Of a DNA stretch of 64,000 nt, positions 25,408-37,799 are shown piece after piece. Within the stretch, counting starts at the first letter, position 1. Each line of letters begins with the position of its first letter. The stretch spans positions 11,864,567-11,928,566 of the forward strand of contig CM120644.1 in NCBI GenBank assembly GCA_051362555.1, in the 5' to 3' direction. The translations under genes were made by a program, and so were the position numbers. The DNA is from Lingula anatina (taxonomy: Eukaryota > Animalia > Brachiopoda). The notes beneath the pieces are model-generated. The model worked only from the letters and a program-made list of their open reading frames with translations, made no database searches and was not told the origin of the DNA.

Positions 25408-26010
25408 CTTTTAATTGAGATAACATACAGGTACTTTCTTTTAAAACTGAACAATTGCTCTTTGTACTGGGGGGGGGGATATTTTTGTATACAGCTCTAT
25501 ATGGATATTTATACCTTATAACATTTTATTTTACATTTCCGGTGATATCTCATGTATTTCTCCGTGTACACGTATTCCGTAAATATGTACATGAATGACA
25601 GCACTAGTATCATCATCATATCGACCGCAGTCGAGTGTTAGTATACCGATATGTGCATTTACTATTACCAGTCATATGTTTGACCTTTTTTGCCAACTAA
25701 GCTTTGAAAGCTTAACGCAACATAAACATTTTAACACAGCGGTTGTTGGTGAAACCTGACCAATGCTACATAGTCTAACAATGTAGAACAAATGTAAATT
25801 CATTTAAAAAGTGCCAAATCCAATTGCGTAACATGGATAATGGACTTCTGCGCCCGACAATAGTGTGTGTGCCGTGCTCTGTTATTTTACAGTATACCGT
25901 TTATGTATCTTAATCCATGTAGTTTTTAATTATTGGTGTTACTAAACCAAAAAATGTATATAATGAATAAAGTACTGAATGATCATAAGTCTTTGTTTTT
26001 CTCTCCAATC

Positions 26011-26055
<45 letters not shown>

Positions 26056-26297
26056 TTAGAAGAGGGCCTTTAATTGTTTGTTACGTAATGTCCATTGCAT
26101 TGGCCTTACTTTTAATAAAATGTGCTTTCTCCCCTTACTGTCGTCTGTTACAAATCAATAATTATCTAGATAAAACTATTTGATAAAATTACTAAGCAAA
26201 TAAATAAATACAATTGCTGCAAAATCAGTTTTCAAAAGTCAAATAGATGAATAAAATCTGATGGTTAAAAGATAATATATCTTAGCCTTGTCGAGCA

Positions 26298-26980
26298 GAA
26301 TTGTGTGGCGGAAAAGTAAGGAGAAAACTCAGAAATGATACCGTTCCCAGTATAGTCGACTTTTCGGAGTACAAACATTTGATAGTATGCCTAAATGCCA
26401 GAGCAGTGCCAACGGGAGTCGCCCCTGGAGGAAGAGCGCTTTTTCATCTTTTTCCGGAAATGGAAATTGCATTGTGGGTAGGGGAGCCCTGCTACGTCGA
26501 AACACTTACAGCGGTACTTAAAACCATGGCTGGGTTTACGTGCTTTTTGTCCTGCTACTACAATAACAGTAAGCGAGATCGACACATGAGGTTTAATAAG
26601 TTCCCAACAAACCCGTTAGAATGAATAATATGGTAGAAAGAAAGGAAAATATAGCAAGTTTGGATCAAAAGCAGGGCACCGCGTTTGCGCTGAACATTTC
26701 GAAGGCGGGAAGAAAAACTATAATATTAGGAGATCAACGGTGCTTTAATAAAAAACAGAAATGCTTAGTTAAACAACGGATAAAACGAACTATCGGCAAA
26801 TAGAACTCGGGGTAAAAAAAAAATTGTAAAGATTTGAAGAAAAAATTGAAGAATAGGTCGGGGCCTAAAAATTAAGAAAAGACTTCAAGCATGAGATTAT
26901 GGAAAAAGAAAGTAAAAGCTTTGAAGTTTTACACGGGGATTCTACTTACAAAAAATTCAAGAACTTTCACGACTTTTTGT
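26298..26980 (+). mobile_element. Decayed THAP-domain transposase remnants (ISL2EU/Harbinger-type DDE_Tnp_4-like)
   Basis: 26526: MAGFTCFLSCYYNNSKRDRHMRFNKFP, then frameshifted GHRVCAEHFEGGKK (THAP C..HF), then LKFYTGI/TYKKFKNFHDFL near 26921. A separate THAP C-terminal piece, RKLRNDTVPSIVDF, lies at ~26319-26363. Stops and frameshifts are present. Confidence 0.7.
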
Positions 26981-28701
26981 GTAACAACAAAGAGAAGGTT
27001 TGAAAAGTTTTGTATGTAATATCCTTTTTGTGTGTGTTTTATTGATAAGTGATCATTTTAAATGGTGTAGGCCCATCACAGGTTTTAGTCTCTAATAACC
27101 CTTAGCAGGGTGGGTTCTATTTTTTTTAACGTGAGACGTTAATAAAATTTTTATTATTATGTATTCAGTCCCGTATACGTATTACTGATTTGTACAAACG
27201 GGGCTTATATTATCAAGATCAACAGAGACATACGAAGAAGAAAGTACATCGGCTCTTGTTGAACGCGTTATCGGCGAAATAAAAAGTTATTTATTTCTGA
27301 ACTCAATGACAAGAGAATTGGAAAATTCAATGGGCATATTTTTACAAAAAATGCAGAAAAGCCTTTCTGTAAGCTACATGTACATAATAAATGTATGGTA
27401 AAGACAAAATGGATAATAAACATAATCCAACAACGTATTTGTAAAGTAATACAAATATGCTTAGTATTAAAGTAGGCCTACGTATATTTAACTGTCTTAG
27501 ATAGTTGAAAAGTATGAAATGTGTGGGAAACACTTTATTTGAATGTTTTAATTGTCTGTGATTGAAAACGATGAAAATACGCATAAAAACATTTAAAAAT
27601 CAAATAATTTGGGCTCTTGCTGTAATTTTGTTTTTGTTTCAGATTGACAAAATTTTCATACTTGTCAGACCGAAAGGCTGACATTTTTTACCTGTCGTAA
27701 ATTTTGTGCATATACTAGAGTAAGACACGGTAAACTTTAATTATCGTCTGGGAAAGAGTCGAGAATTCCTGTCTCACCTATTTAACACTTAAAAGGTTTT
27801 AATTACAGAGGAAAGGTCGTAGTTGTGGCCGCCCGCCTTACCGAACAATTGAACAAGTAACACCCGATGCCTTATCAGGTACCAAACGATTTAATCAGTT
27901 CACCGACGAACGATCTGCGTGTCAGTTTTACCTGTATACACAGTAGTTACGAGTCAAATAATGCAGGAAATCTTTTCATTTTATCACTTTAAAAATCTCT
28001 TAAGATATCCTTCAAACAAGACATAAAAATCGTAATGAATTGACACTGCCGGTACATGAGGTGATATCGCCACAGCTTGCATACAACATGTACAAAATTG
28101 TGAAGACGTAGGCCTGCGCACCTGTCCACACTCTTGAAAGCTGTGTACGAGTCTACTGGCTATTTTGATTTTATATATAAAAAAATAACGAGTCTCTTTA
28201 TTATCGGAAGCATTTAAAAGAACTCCGTAGCTTTAGTTCGTCATCACTATTGAAAGTGCAGCCAAGGCTCGGACGCTTAGGTGAAGTCTAGTTGTAAAGC
28301 GCATCGTATTTAAACTGAGAAAGAAAATATTTAATTGCTTGATTCTCCGTCCAAATAGCTGTTTCTTGCCTACAGTTTACGCATTTCTGTGCTTCAGCCA
28401 CCTTTTTAGTTTGACAGAAAGCAATGCACGCTTCATACGACCTTTTTATATGCGCACCTTGTACATCATCTACACCTAGCATTGCCATGCTGGAAACAGC
28501 AGAGGACCACCATGACCCCTGTGGCGCGCGGTTCCTGTCATGCGCACTTCGTATTTCCGCAAAAGATGAAAAAGGTTAATAGGAAGTGTGTATATTTTTA
28601 AGCTGTCATGTTATACACCGTGCAATGTACATAATGGTGCTCCAACTACAACGCTAATCCACCCTGAGCTTAAGAGATAACTTGAAACAAGCCTCTACAT
28701 C

Positions 28702-28835
28702 CAGGCCCGTAGCCAGCAAATTTTTCTGAAAAAGTGGACCTGCTATAATGAAACAGTTGTGTACATAGATCAAATTGTACCCAGAATGGACCTTTTTCTT
28801 AAAAAGGGGGGGGGGGGGGGGGTTCTTTCTGGCCC
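28702..28835. mobile_element. Truncated copy of the CAGGCCCGTAGCC MITE family
   Basis: Shares CAGGCCCGTAGCC, GAAAAAGTGGACC and the following sequence with the full copy at 50145-50317. Confidence 0.6.
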
Positions 28836-30084
28836 AATAAACTAGGTCAAGACGAATCTGGTCAGAGGTGCCCTTACCTGACCTCTAAGCGTCATTTACA
28901 TGTTATTATGCAACAAACCTGTTGCTAACAAGAAGTTCTGGTGTATATAATAGGGCCGACTAGTTCTCCAATAGGAACAAAGGTTAGTATGAACCCATTG
29001 TTTGGCTTGGTGACTATTATCTGGCTATACAAAAGGCAACGTTTATGTGAAATACGCAACATATAGGTAAGTACACGAAAGGCTTTTGCATGGGTAGTGA
29101 GAGTGTACCAGTGCGGGTGTTGCCAGCAGGTAGCGATACAACTACACAGATATAGAGGGAACGATAATCTGGACGGCCGATTGAGGCAAAGATACCTATC
29201 GGATAACTTGATTGGATTTAACTTTGGTTTGGAGACTGCTCACGCGTATCGAAAAGAACACCGTAAGTTGTATCCTCATCATCCACTGATGGACTAATGC
29301 ATATGCCCCCCCCCCCCCAAATGTAGCTTACAGTTACAAGCCCACATGTAGCTTACAGTTACATGAACATTGGACAAGAAGCCGACCACATGGCACATCA
29401 AACAACATGTACGTATCTATGTATATACTGATCATGACATGCAAAGGTAGGATACGCAGTTCAGGATACTGTGGACATCTTTTTTTTTTGTCTGAACCTG
29501 CCTCAGAAAAATTCATTGTACTAATGTCATATTTTTTTCTAAATTTTGTCTCAGTCGTAAGGAATAGTGAATATCAATCTATTCAAGACATATGAGCAAG
29601 GTTGAATTTTGAATTTCAGAAAATATTTGTGCCACGAAAGATTCTGCACAATCTAGTCTCGACTACTTACCGGGTATTTATTAAATTGTCATTAATGATA
29701 ATGATGATTTTATTTTAGTCTTCTAATACACAAGAAGTGTAGTTTTCACTACACTTTTTGTGTATATTGGAAGACCCTATGAGAATAGTCTGAACAGTCT
29801 AATATAAGAATGTTGATGTCAAGCCATACACCGGTTGCGATAACGATCAGGCGACGTATCACTGAGAACAAAGGCGACATAGACGCATTTGCATCCGCTT
29901 CATTTTCACCTAATTAGTGGCTCAACAGCCCGTGAGACGATAAGTGCGATAAGTGCCACAATAAAATGATAAGCGGTACATTCAGTAAGGTGTGTGTTGG
30001 GGGGGGGGGGGGGTAAACCATATGTCACACACACGCCTCCATTTTTGAAGCAATCTACCATCGACTATTTATCACAGCGTCCTG

Positions 30085-32910
30085 TTGTTTTTTCTATTTC
30101 AGAAACATTCAACGATGAGGCTTTTTAGCACTACCAGCATATCCGGGCACCTGTCACGCTGTTCAAAACTCTTTTGGTTAGCGCAATACAAAAACAGAAA
30201 TACAATGAATGCAATTTACTTACTGGTTCAAGTGTGCCTAGTTTGGAGACCAGTTTCATCTTCACACTCGATGTTCCCGCCTGAACAGGACTGGTCCTCT
30301 GTTCCAGATCTCGACCCACGTCAGCCTGGATATGTGGATGATATCTACCCGAGCAGTATTGACCTATGCAACGGCTCTGTAGAAGCGGAGGCGGTCATAA
30401 GGAATGCACGGAAATGCTCGCGATTGGACTCCTGTTCTCAACGATGCGGGGAGGCAGCTCATGGTGGTGACGACTGTTCTTGTGACTCCAACTGCTTAGT
30501 TTACGGTGACTGTTGTTACGACTACGGCGACCAGTGCCAGTCTAATTCTAATGTGACCAGGATTATCCCAGCGATTGCGGCCGTTCCAGTCTGCGTTAGG
30601 ACATCGGAATATGAGTTCGGGTTAGTCTTGGGGAAAGGGTGCTCGGCACAGTGGAAGGGGACTGAGATGGAGAAAAAATGCTTTGCAAACAGCAGTGTCG
30701 TAACACACGTTATTCCCGTCACTGACCTCACAAACCAACTCCACTACGCAAACATGTTCTGCGCAAGGTGTAATGACGTCACAAATTATACTTTTTGGAG
30801 CGCCTCCTTTATTTGTCAGAACGACAGTGATTTTGTTGCCAACGTCACAGACCCTTTACTGGCGTTCGAACATAATTTGTGTGACTTAGTCCTACATGTA
30901 TCTGAAATGAGACGCTGTATTTCCAGCGAAGTAGTTGTTGACTGTCAACCAGAAAGCAGTTGTTCAACACAGATACGAGATGCATGCAAGACGTACAAAA
31001 ACATCGTTCAGTCCCATGATAAGGCATACCAGAACGAATACTGCGCTACATGCAATGATGAAAACTTAATAAGTATGCATTGTCCACGGGGCGGCGATTT
31101 TTTACCTGACATTACCTATGAAATTATTAGTCCCGGTAACTCTGAGGATTTGACAGGGAGTAACAGGCCGTCTTTTGGTTCTTTCTCGTTCTCGATTGTC
31201 ATGGACTTCAGTAAAGATTCGGAGGTGCAAGTTGGAGTCCGTGCCGAAGGGACAGATGAAGTCACAAAATGCACACTGGACGGGATGACTTCATCTTGCA
31301 TTCCATCCCAGTGCCGGAAGGACTATGTTCTTATTGACGGCACGTGCGTCCTAGGTGTCGTATTGTACGACGTGGATATTTACACCTACTGGAAAACAAA
31401 TGTTGGTTTTCAAGATTTTCCATCTAATACTGAACTGAATTATTTTGGACATACGCTTAGTTATTTCGTAGCCGGTCTTTATGGAGAAAAAGTGCGAGGT
31501 GCAGTCACTTTTGAAGTGGTTCGTAAAGGGTGGGGTTCGTTTCAGGTGCAAAACGGATTTAAACTGCAGTTTGACGAAACTGTCGATCTTAGAAAGACTG
31601 AGGAGGAATGGAGAAAAGAAACACGAAATGAATCATTCAGAAATATTCTTGCATACTACGTGGATTTTGTCAACTCCACAATTTCTCTATCGCTCTATTA
31701 CGATCCGTATTTGTTAGATGAAGCTTTGACTAGGGAAAAAGCCATCGACGAAGTGTTGATCATTGCTGAAACAGATTGTGAGCGCATACGTTTCGATAGT
31801 TACAACACGACAGAAAATGGAAGTATTGTCCTCTTACCCTCAATGACAATGATTAATGAATCCGATGCATACTACGAAACGGATGGATCGATTCTTGTCT
31901 GCCTAGATGTGCTTAATTTTACGGTGGTCGGTTCAAATTGGGAGGACGAAACTGTCGCAGACGATTCAAAGAAGGCGCTGGGAATCTTGACGATCGTCTG
32001 TACTGTTATTTCCCTTCTTTGCTTGCTCATACGCATAGCTTTGCAACCGTTTGCACGCCCGTTTCAAACTTTCCCAGGAAAACTTCAACTGTGCCTTTGT
32101 TGCTCTTTGGTCATGTGGAAAATGTTCTTCTTAGCTCGACCATTTGCCAGATCAAGTGGTAACGCCAGCGTGTGCATCGCGGTGGCTGTGTTATTCCACT
32201 GGAGCTTGCTGACCTCATTTTTCTGGATGAACGTCATCGCTGTTGACTTGTGGAAGACTTTCAGAAGCACCGCGGCTTTGAAAGTTTCGGCAGAGGCCAA
32301 CAAGACTATCCTCGGTTATGCCTGCTACGCGACTTTCCTCCCGGGCGGAATTGTTGCAGTTTGTCTTGTTCTGGATTACATTGACATAGATCCCCAGTTT
32401 AAGCCGAACTACCAAGGCCCCGCCTGCTACATAAGTAATATCTACCCACTCGTCTTGTTTTTAGTGGCCCCAATCGGCGTCGTACTTATTGTAAATATCA
32501 TCCTTTATGCGATGATTGCAAAGTCCATACACGCTGCTTTATCTACGTCTCTAAAACTCAATATGAGAAAGAACAAACACTCTTTTGTAACTTATCTGAG
32601 GCTCTTTGCGCTGATGGGGACGACCTGGATATTCGGATTTCTGTCTGGAGGACTTGGCATTCTTGCTTTGGAATATATCTTCGTGATTCTAACAACCCTG
32701 GATGGCTTGTTTATTTTCATAGCCGTCGTCTGCTCTAGGCGGGTTTGGGAGGAACTTCGACACTGGACGTGTGCCACGAGATTAAGCACGCCTAAAGTGA
32801 CGCAGAGCTCCAGCAGCGCGTATACCTGTTCCGCAACCCCAACATCTTCAAGTACGGCAGAGACCCTGCGATCTTCAACTAACTGTGGCACAGAAATAAG
32901 TCAAGTTTGA
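30085..32910 (+). CDS. Family-B (Methuselah/adhesion-like) GPCR with somatomedin-B domain, paralog 2; intronless CDS, likely start ~30205 (MNAIYLLVQVCLVWRPVSS)
   Basis: 941-codon ORF colinear with paralog 1 (SMB CSCDSNCLVYGDCCYDY, YANMFCARCN, 7TM nearly identical). Splice acceptor tttctatttcag at 30102 precedes the true ATG. Confidence 0.93.
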   Translation: MFFLFQKHSTMRLFSTTSISGHLSRCSKLFWLAQYKNRNTMNAIYLLVQVCLVWRPVSSSHSMFPPEQDWSSVPDLDPRQPGYVDDIYPSSIDLCNGSVEAEAVIRNARKCSRLDSCSQRCGEAAHGGDDCSCDSNCLVYGDCCYDYGDQCQSNSNVTRIIPAIAAVPVCVRTSEYEFGLVLGKGCSAQWKGTEMEKKCFANSSVVTHVIPVTDLTNQLHYANMFCARCNDVTNYTFWSASFICQNDSDFVANVTDPLLAFEHNLCDLVLHVSEMRRCISSEVVVDCQPESSCSTQIRDACKTYKNIVQSHDKAYQNEYCATCNDENLISMHCPRGGDFLPDITYEIISPGNSEDLTGSNRPSFGSFSFSIVMDFSKDSEVQVGVRAEGTDEVTKCTLDGMTSSCIPSQCRKDYVLIDGTCVLGVVLYDVDIYTYWKTNVGFQDFPSNTELNYFGHTLSYFVAGLYGEKVRGAVTFEVVRKGWGSFQVQNGFKLQFDETVDLRKTEEEWRKETRNESFRNILAYYVDFVNSTISLSLYYDPYLLDEALTREKAIDEVLIIAETDCERIRFDSYNTTENGSIVLLPSMTMINESDAYYETDGSILVCLDVLNFTVVGSNWEDETVADDSKKALGILTIVCTVISLLCLLIRIALQPFARPFQTFPGKLQLCLCCSLVMWKMFFLARPFARSSGNASVCIAVAVLFHWSLLTSFFWMNVIAVDLWKTFRSTAALKVSAEANKTILGYACYATFLPGGIVAVCLVLDYIDIDPQFKPNYQGPACYISNIYPLVLFLVAPIGVVLIVNIILYAMIAKSIHAALSTSLKLNMRKNKHSFVTYLRLFALMGTTWIFGFLSGGLGILALEYIFVILTTLDGLFIFIAVVCSRRVWEELRHWTCATRLSTPKVTQSSSSAYTCSATPTSSSTAETLRSSTNCGTEISQV

Positions 32911-33958
32911 CTGAGATACCACATAAGTCATTAGACAAACAGTTTACCTCGTTCGTCTGTCGAACAAATTTAACGTGTTGGCAAACTCGATATATAGTGA
33001 GATAATCTGAACGATGTTGACGAAGCAATGCATTTTATACCCATAGGCGAAGTTTTATTTTGAGAGCTTAAGGGAAAGAGGAGGGGTTTACATTAAGTAA
33101 AAATGGAAATATTGAATGTATATTTAGTAAATCAGGCCATAGAATGTTCGAAAATACTGGAATACTGTCATAAGAAATTTTGTGGCTTAATGCAGAGGAA
33201 CTGTTCGTTTTTTATACAATTTACGTTCTGAACATTTTTTTTCTTTTATCATTGTATGCATGTATTGTACTTTAAAATAGTGTTTAAAATAAAGCATAGA
33301 TGCCTTTTACGGTTTGAAATTTTTCGGACCTCATTTAATTGAAAATTGCATGTGTGCGACCACGCACACGCACATCTGACTTTCCACACGTCATCTTCAC
33401 ACATTTGATTTTTCAATAATTAATTCAAACTTTCAATAATTGTTTTACATTTATCGAACTGTATTTCGGGTACGCCCCCCCCTTCCCCACACACACACAC
33501 ACATCTGCTTGCCTCCCATAACATTTGCACAAATTTGATTGCCAAAAGACTGGTATGCAGTGTTTCCTAATTTTGCTTTTATTTTATAAATATTCACGCA
33601 AATATTTTGCATAAAATATCCAAAAGGAAAAAAAAATATCTTAGCAAATTTTGTGATAAAAAACTAAATAATAAAGTTTATTTGAGGAGGTTTGATGGAA
33701 TACTAAAAGCATAAGCGGATGAATAGGGCAAACGAGTAGAATGGCAAAATAAAAACCAAAAAAGTATGAATAAAATTAATAAAGGATGATCATATTTATT
33801 AGTGCAGGGATAAACGTGTTATGAATTCAAAATCCATTCCAGGTTCTTTGATGCTAAACTTGGTGTATTTCATTAAAAACCATCAGACCATAGCGGTAAA
33901 TGTGCATCTTAACGCGTGAAAGTACTTTGCGCATTTTAAATGTCCACCCTTTTTTTAA

Positions 33959-34283
33959 AGAGACACTCCATGAATGAATCGAATGATAAAAAGCAAAGTG
34001 AGTCGCTGCTACACATAAAAGTTCATGTACATCACACATGTTGACCGGTAAACTGAATCATTATTTTAAACATTTACAATACGAGAGCCCATATTGCTCC
34101 ATAGATCAAATCAAATAAATTGAAGCGATGTACGTTTTCTCCTTATAGGTGATTTTTTTACTCAGAGGTGGTACTTTAATGCTTGCAGTGGGATATTTGT
34201 AGAAAGAATTATTAATGCAAGTGAACTGCGTGATTAAAAAAAGAAGACACTTTGAAAAAAAATGAAAGGTGTGCACTGTCTCT
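33959..34283. mobile_element. Kolobok-like MITE (TTAA TSD)
   Basis: TTAA|AGAGACACTCCA...TGCACTGTCTCT|TTAA. Confidence 0.6.
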
Positions 34284-34940
34284 TTAAGCATTTCCTTACC
34301 AAAGCAGATTTGCACACGGTTAATGGATGCTTGAGCGCTCGTTAATTCTCTTTGGTGAAAACATTATGTGGGCAGGTGATACAATATTTAACCAAGATGG
34401 CGGCGTTAAAAGTTTCATGAACTTAATTCGACATCCCAATATGTTCGCCCGCCGGTAACAGAACCTCGTATTTTAAGTGTATCTAAGGGAACCGAGTGAT
34501 TCCAAAGCATGCCAGCCACGAGGAAATGATCTGACGTATGAAGAGTTGCACAATAGCTATCAAATCAGTTTTTGAGTGTGGTTGGCACAGACACAGAGTG
34601 AAGAATCATTGATTTCGCACCCTGGAACTGCTTACTGTACTAGTCGAAGAAAATTAACCGTATTTGACATCACGCATTTAAATCAAGAGGCATGGAGGAT
34701 TCGCAAATGATATCAAGTGAGACCGTAGCTTTACTTGGATGATTCACACGTGTTTCACACATTTGCAAGATGGAGGATTTCAGTGGACGAGGCACCCTCT
34801 GCAGATACATTAAATAATACATAAGATAATTATGGACTCGAAACCTACATTTTACGTTCGCTGGGGAACGCAGTAAGTAAGCTCTAGAATGTGAGGTACA
34901 TGTAAACAGAGTCTATTCATGAAAACCATAGGCCTATAAT

Positions 34941-36989
34941 ATGCGTCTTTCACAAATGTTTATGTTTGCTTTGGGGTTTTATGTTGGTCTGATGGTCTTC
35001 ACGTTCTTCTCGGCTGTACCGCACAATCTAAATCCATCAAAGAGGAACCGGAATTATGAGGAATATGTGTTGAATCGAAACTCTGAAGACAGGCTTTTCA
35101 AACGGATGTCAGATGACAGCCACTACGTGGCGCCACTAGCCGATAGGGTGGATTTCAATGACGAGCAACACCATGACGGTAAGCCACGTGTTCGAAGGTT
35201 TTACGGCGTGTTTGTCACTGATATTATTGTGTTTAAAGTATAGTGTAGTAAGCATGGGGACAATGACAGCGATTTTGTGGGAGCACCCCTGGGTCGGATG
35301 ATATTTTTTGTAAATGCTTAGCTCACTACTGAAAATAAGCTTTCTACGAGCTTGAATACTAGTGAATGTCCGATGTTTAACAGTAAGTGGCGTACATGTA
35401 GGCCCATGTGTGTTTAGGGTTTGGCAAGTATGGCGTTTGTACCGGGGGCTCTTAAAAACGTGTCACCGATTAATTTTTTCCAAGTTTTTAGTACCTAATG
35501 TTCCTGTCAGGGTCGCAACACTTAATGAAAGGAACTACATGTGGGCGCTGTGTTGTAAGCACACACCCTCAACCATCGCTTGCGTATGCTCAACACCAGC
35601 ATCACGTCATGGAATTCATATCTCTTTCAGATGATGACACAGTAGCCAGAGAACTCTATCAAAAAGTTCGTGTATTATGCTGGGTGAAAACATCCACGGG
35701 GGAGATGGACACTAAAATCAGGGTGGCTAGGGATACGTGGGGGAAAAGATGTAACGTGTTCCTTATCCTTAATGTCGCTGACGTCAACGGAACGATGTCT
35801 GTGTCTGTCATTGACGTCAGTAAACCAGGCAGGAATCGTATTCCAGAGACAAAGGGGATACACGGTGATCGTGTCTTTAAGAGGAGGTTAGCAGGAACAC
35901 TAGACAATGATTCTTCTGTTCGTATGAATCAAATGGAATATAAATTAAAACTGCTTAACCCTGCTGTAGCTGTTAAAGGTGGAAACACTATAATGGACAG
36001 AAAACAAAATGGTTATTCAAATGTACAAAAGAAAAACCGAAACACTGGCCAAGTAGAGCGAAGGCATCGATATGATGGTCAGAAGGGCAAACCAGAAGGT
36101 GTAGCTGTCAGTGTGTCAGAAAAAGGAGGACAACTGGTCCCCAAACTATACCATGCGTATGCTTTCATCTATAAGAACTATTTCAAAGATGCCGACTGGT
36201 TTATCAACACTGATGACGACACTTACGTCATCGTAGAAAACCTACGTCACTTCCTGTCATCCAAAAACTCTAGTCACCCTGTGTATTTTGGGTACCATTC
36301 GAAAGCGTTTTTAGAACAGGGATATTTCAGCGGAGAAGGTGGTTATATTTTTAGCAAGGAAACGTTGCGCAGGCTGGTAATAATTGGCGGGAAACAACAA
36401 CAAAGTTGCCACCAGAATGGCGGAGAAATGGAGTTTGAAATGTGCCTCTCACAGTTAGGTGTCGACTCCGGCGACTCTAGGGATGAGTTAGGCAGAACCA
36501 GGTTCCACTACTTCCCGCCCCACATGCATTTTAGCGGGATTTATCCTGCGTGGTACAGAAAGCTCAGCCGGGAAAAACAGAGAAAAGTTGGTTGACATCT
36601 TATGTTCTCTGTCTCACTTTTCATGCTGATTTATTTACTTTATTTTATTACATTTTGTGTTTCATTTGCCCTTACTTTAGATCATCCACAAAATAAATAA
36701 AAAGATTTGTTAATCAATCAGTAAATCAATAAATTGATAAATAAATATCGATTCCCTCGTAAATTTAACCCAGGTGCGATACTGTAAGTTTCCTATCGAT
36801 CATTTTTTTAGGTATATCGTTCATCTATTTCATATCAATAATATTAATTTTCATTTACAGGGAATCGATTCAATTAGCGACCATGCTGTCAGTTTCAATA
36901 CCATGAGTCCAAACAACATGTGGGCAATGGAATACTACCTATATCACCTTAGGCCATATGGAATAGTGGCTTTATTCAAAAGAGAATAA
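34941..36989 (+). CDS. C1GALT1-like: Core 1 beta-1,3-galactosyltransferase (T-synthase, GT31)-like protein, divergent; ~440 aa, 3 exons
   Basis: Exons 34941-35178 (N-terminal TM anchor), 35631-36586 and 36861-36989; GT-AG, phases 1 and 0. Motifs KVRVLCWVKT, TWGKRCN, DADWFINTDDDTYVIVENLRHFL, PVYFG, GDSRDELGRTRFH and MEYYLYHLRPYG match the C1GALT1 family. Confidence 0.88.
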
Positions 36990-37726
36990 AGTGCAGACAT
37001 AACAGACATTAATTTCACTGTCAGATCAAGGATGTTGCTAAGCGGAGGGCACAGAGGACCAAAATTTGTCTAGGGTTGCCAAGAATTAGTCAGTGAACGA
37101 GGAAAGTAGACGATGATATGAATATATAGTGTATAGAAAAAACGACAGTTTTCTTCTGTCGTTTCGATTGTTATGCTGTTTTTTTTTTTTTGTTTTTTTG
37201 TTTTTTTTTTTTGGGGGGGGGGGCGGGGGGGGGGTGGAGGAAGAAGTGGAGAAGAGAGGTGATGTGGGTACCTCCGAAGTAAAGGTAGGGGCACTGGCCC
37301 GCTGTAATCCACCCAGCTCGCATGGACCTGGAGTATTGCCACGGGCAAGCAGTATGTAGGTGACGTCTATTAAAATGGGGCGGGAACTCCTTTAATGGGG
37401 GAACACACTGTCTAATCCAGGCTATTATTAAGATGTTAAATTGAAAGTCCTTGCACATGGTCCCTCGCCCTCCCCTTTCTTTCCCTCTCAAGCAGAAAAG
37501 AAAAAAAGAAAAAGGAATGGTGCAACTTGCCTAGGGTCGTTTGCATCACGTATATGAACTCACTTCTTTGGTCTGCAGTGCATTATGTAAATCCTTCTGT
37601 GAAGGAACGGACTGATGAGTCAGTCATTCCTGGTGTAGAACGGAGGAGTGGGGAGGGGAGGGGAGAGAGAGAGGGAGAGCTCCCCCGATGCGGCTTTGTT
37701 GAATGACAGTTTCCCTGCGTTTCATC

Positions 37727-37799
37727 GCCTCTGTAGCTCAGTGGTTAGAGCACTGGTCTCGTAAACCAGGGGTCGTGAGTTCGAATCTCACCCGAGGCT
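37727..37799 (+). tRNA. tRNA-Thr (anticodon CGT)
   Basis: GCCTCTG TAGCTCAGTGGTTAGAGC A CTGGT-CTCGTAA-ACCAG GGGTC GTGAG-TTCGAAT-CTCAC CCGAGGC T. Full cloverleaf with A and B boxes and one U-C mismatch in the acceptor stem, followed by a T5 Pol III terminator. Confidence 0.93.

Noticed and set aside
22886-32891. Antisense ORFs over the GPCR genes
   Set aside because: Shadow frames of the conserved sense CDS.
35498-35630. N-terminus of the 365-aa ORF
   Set aside because: Intronic; the real exon starts at the acceptor at 35631, in phase with exon 1.
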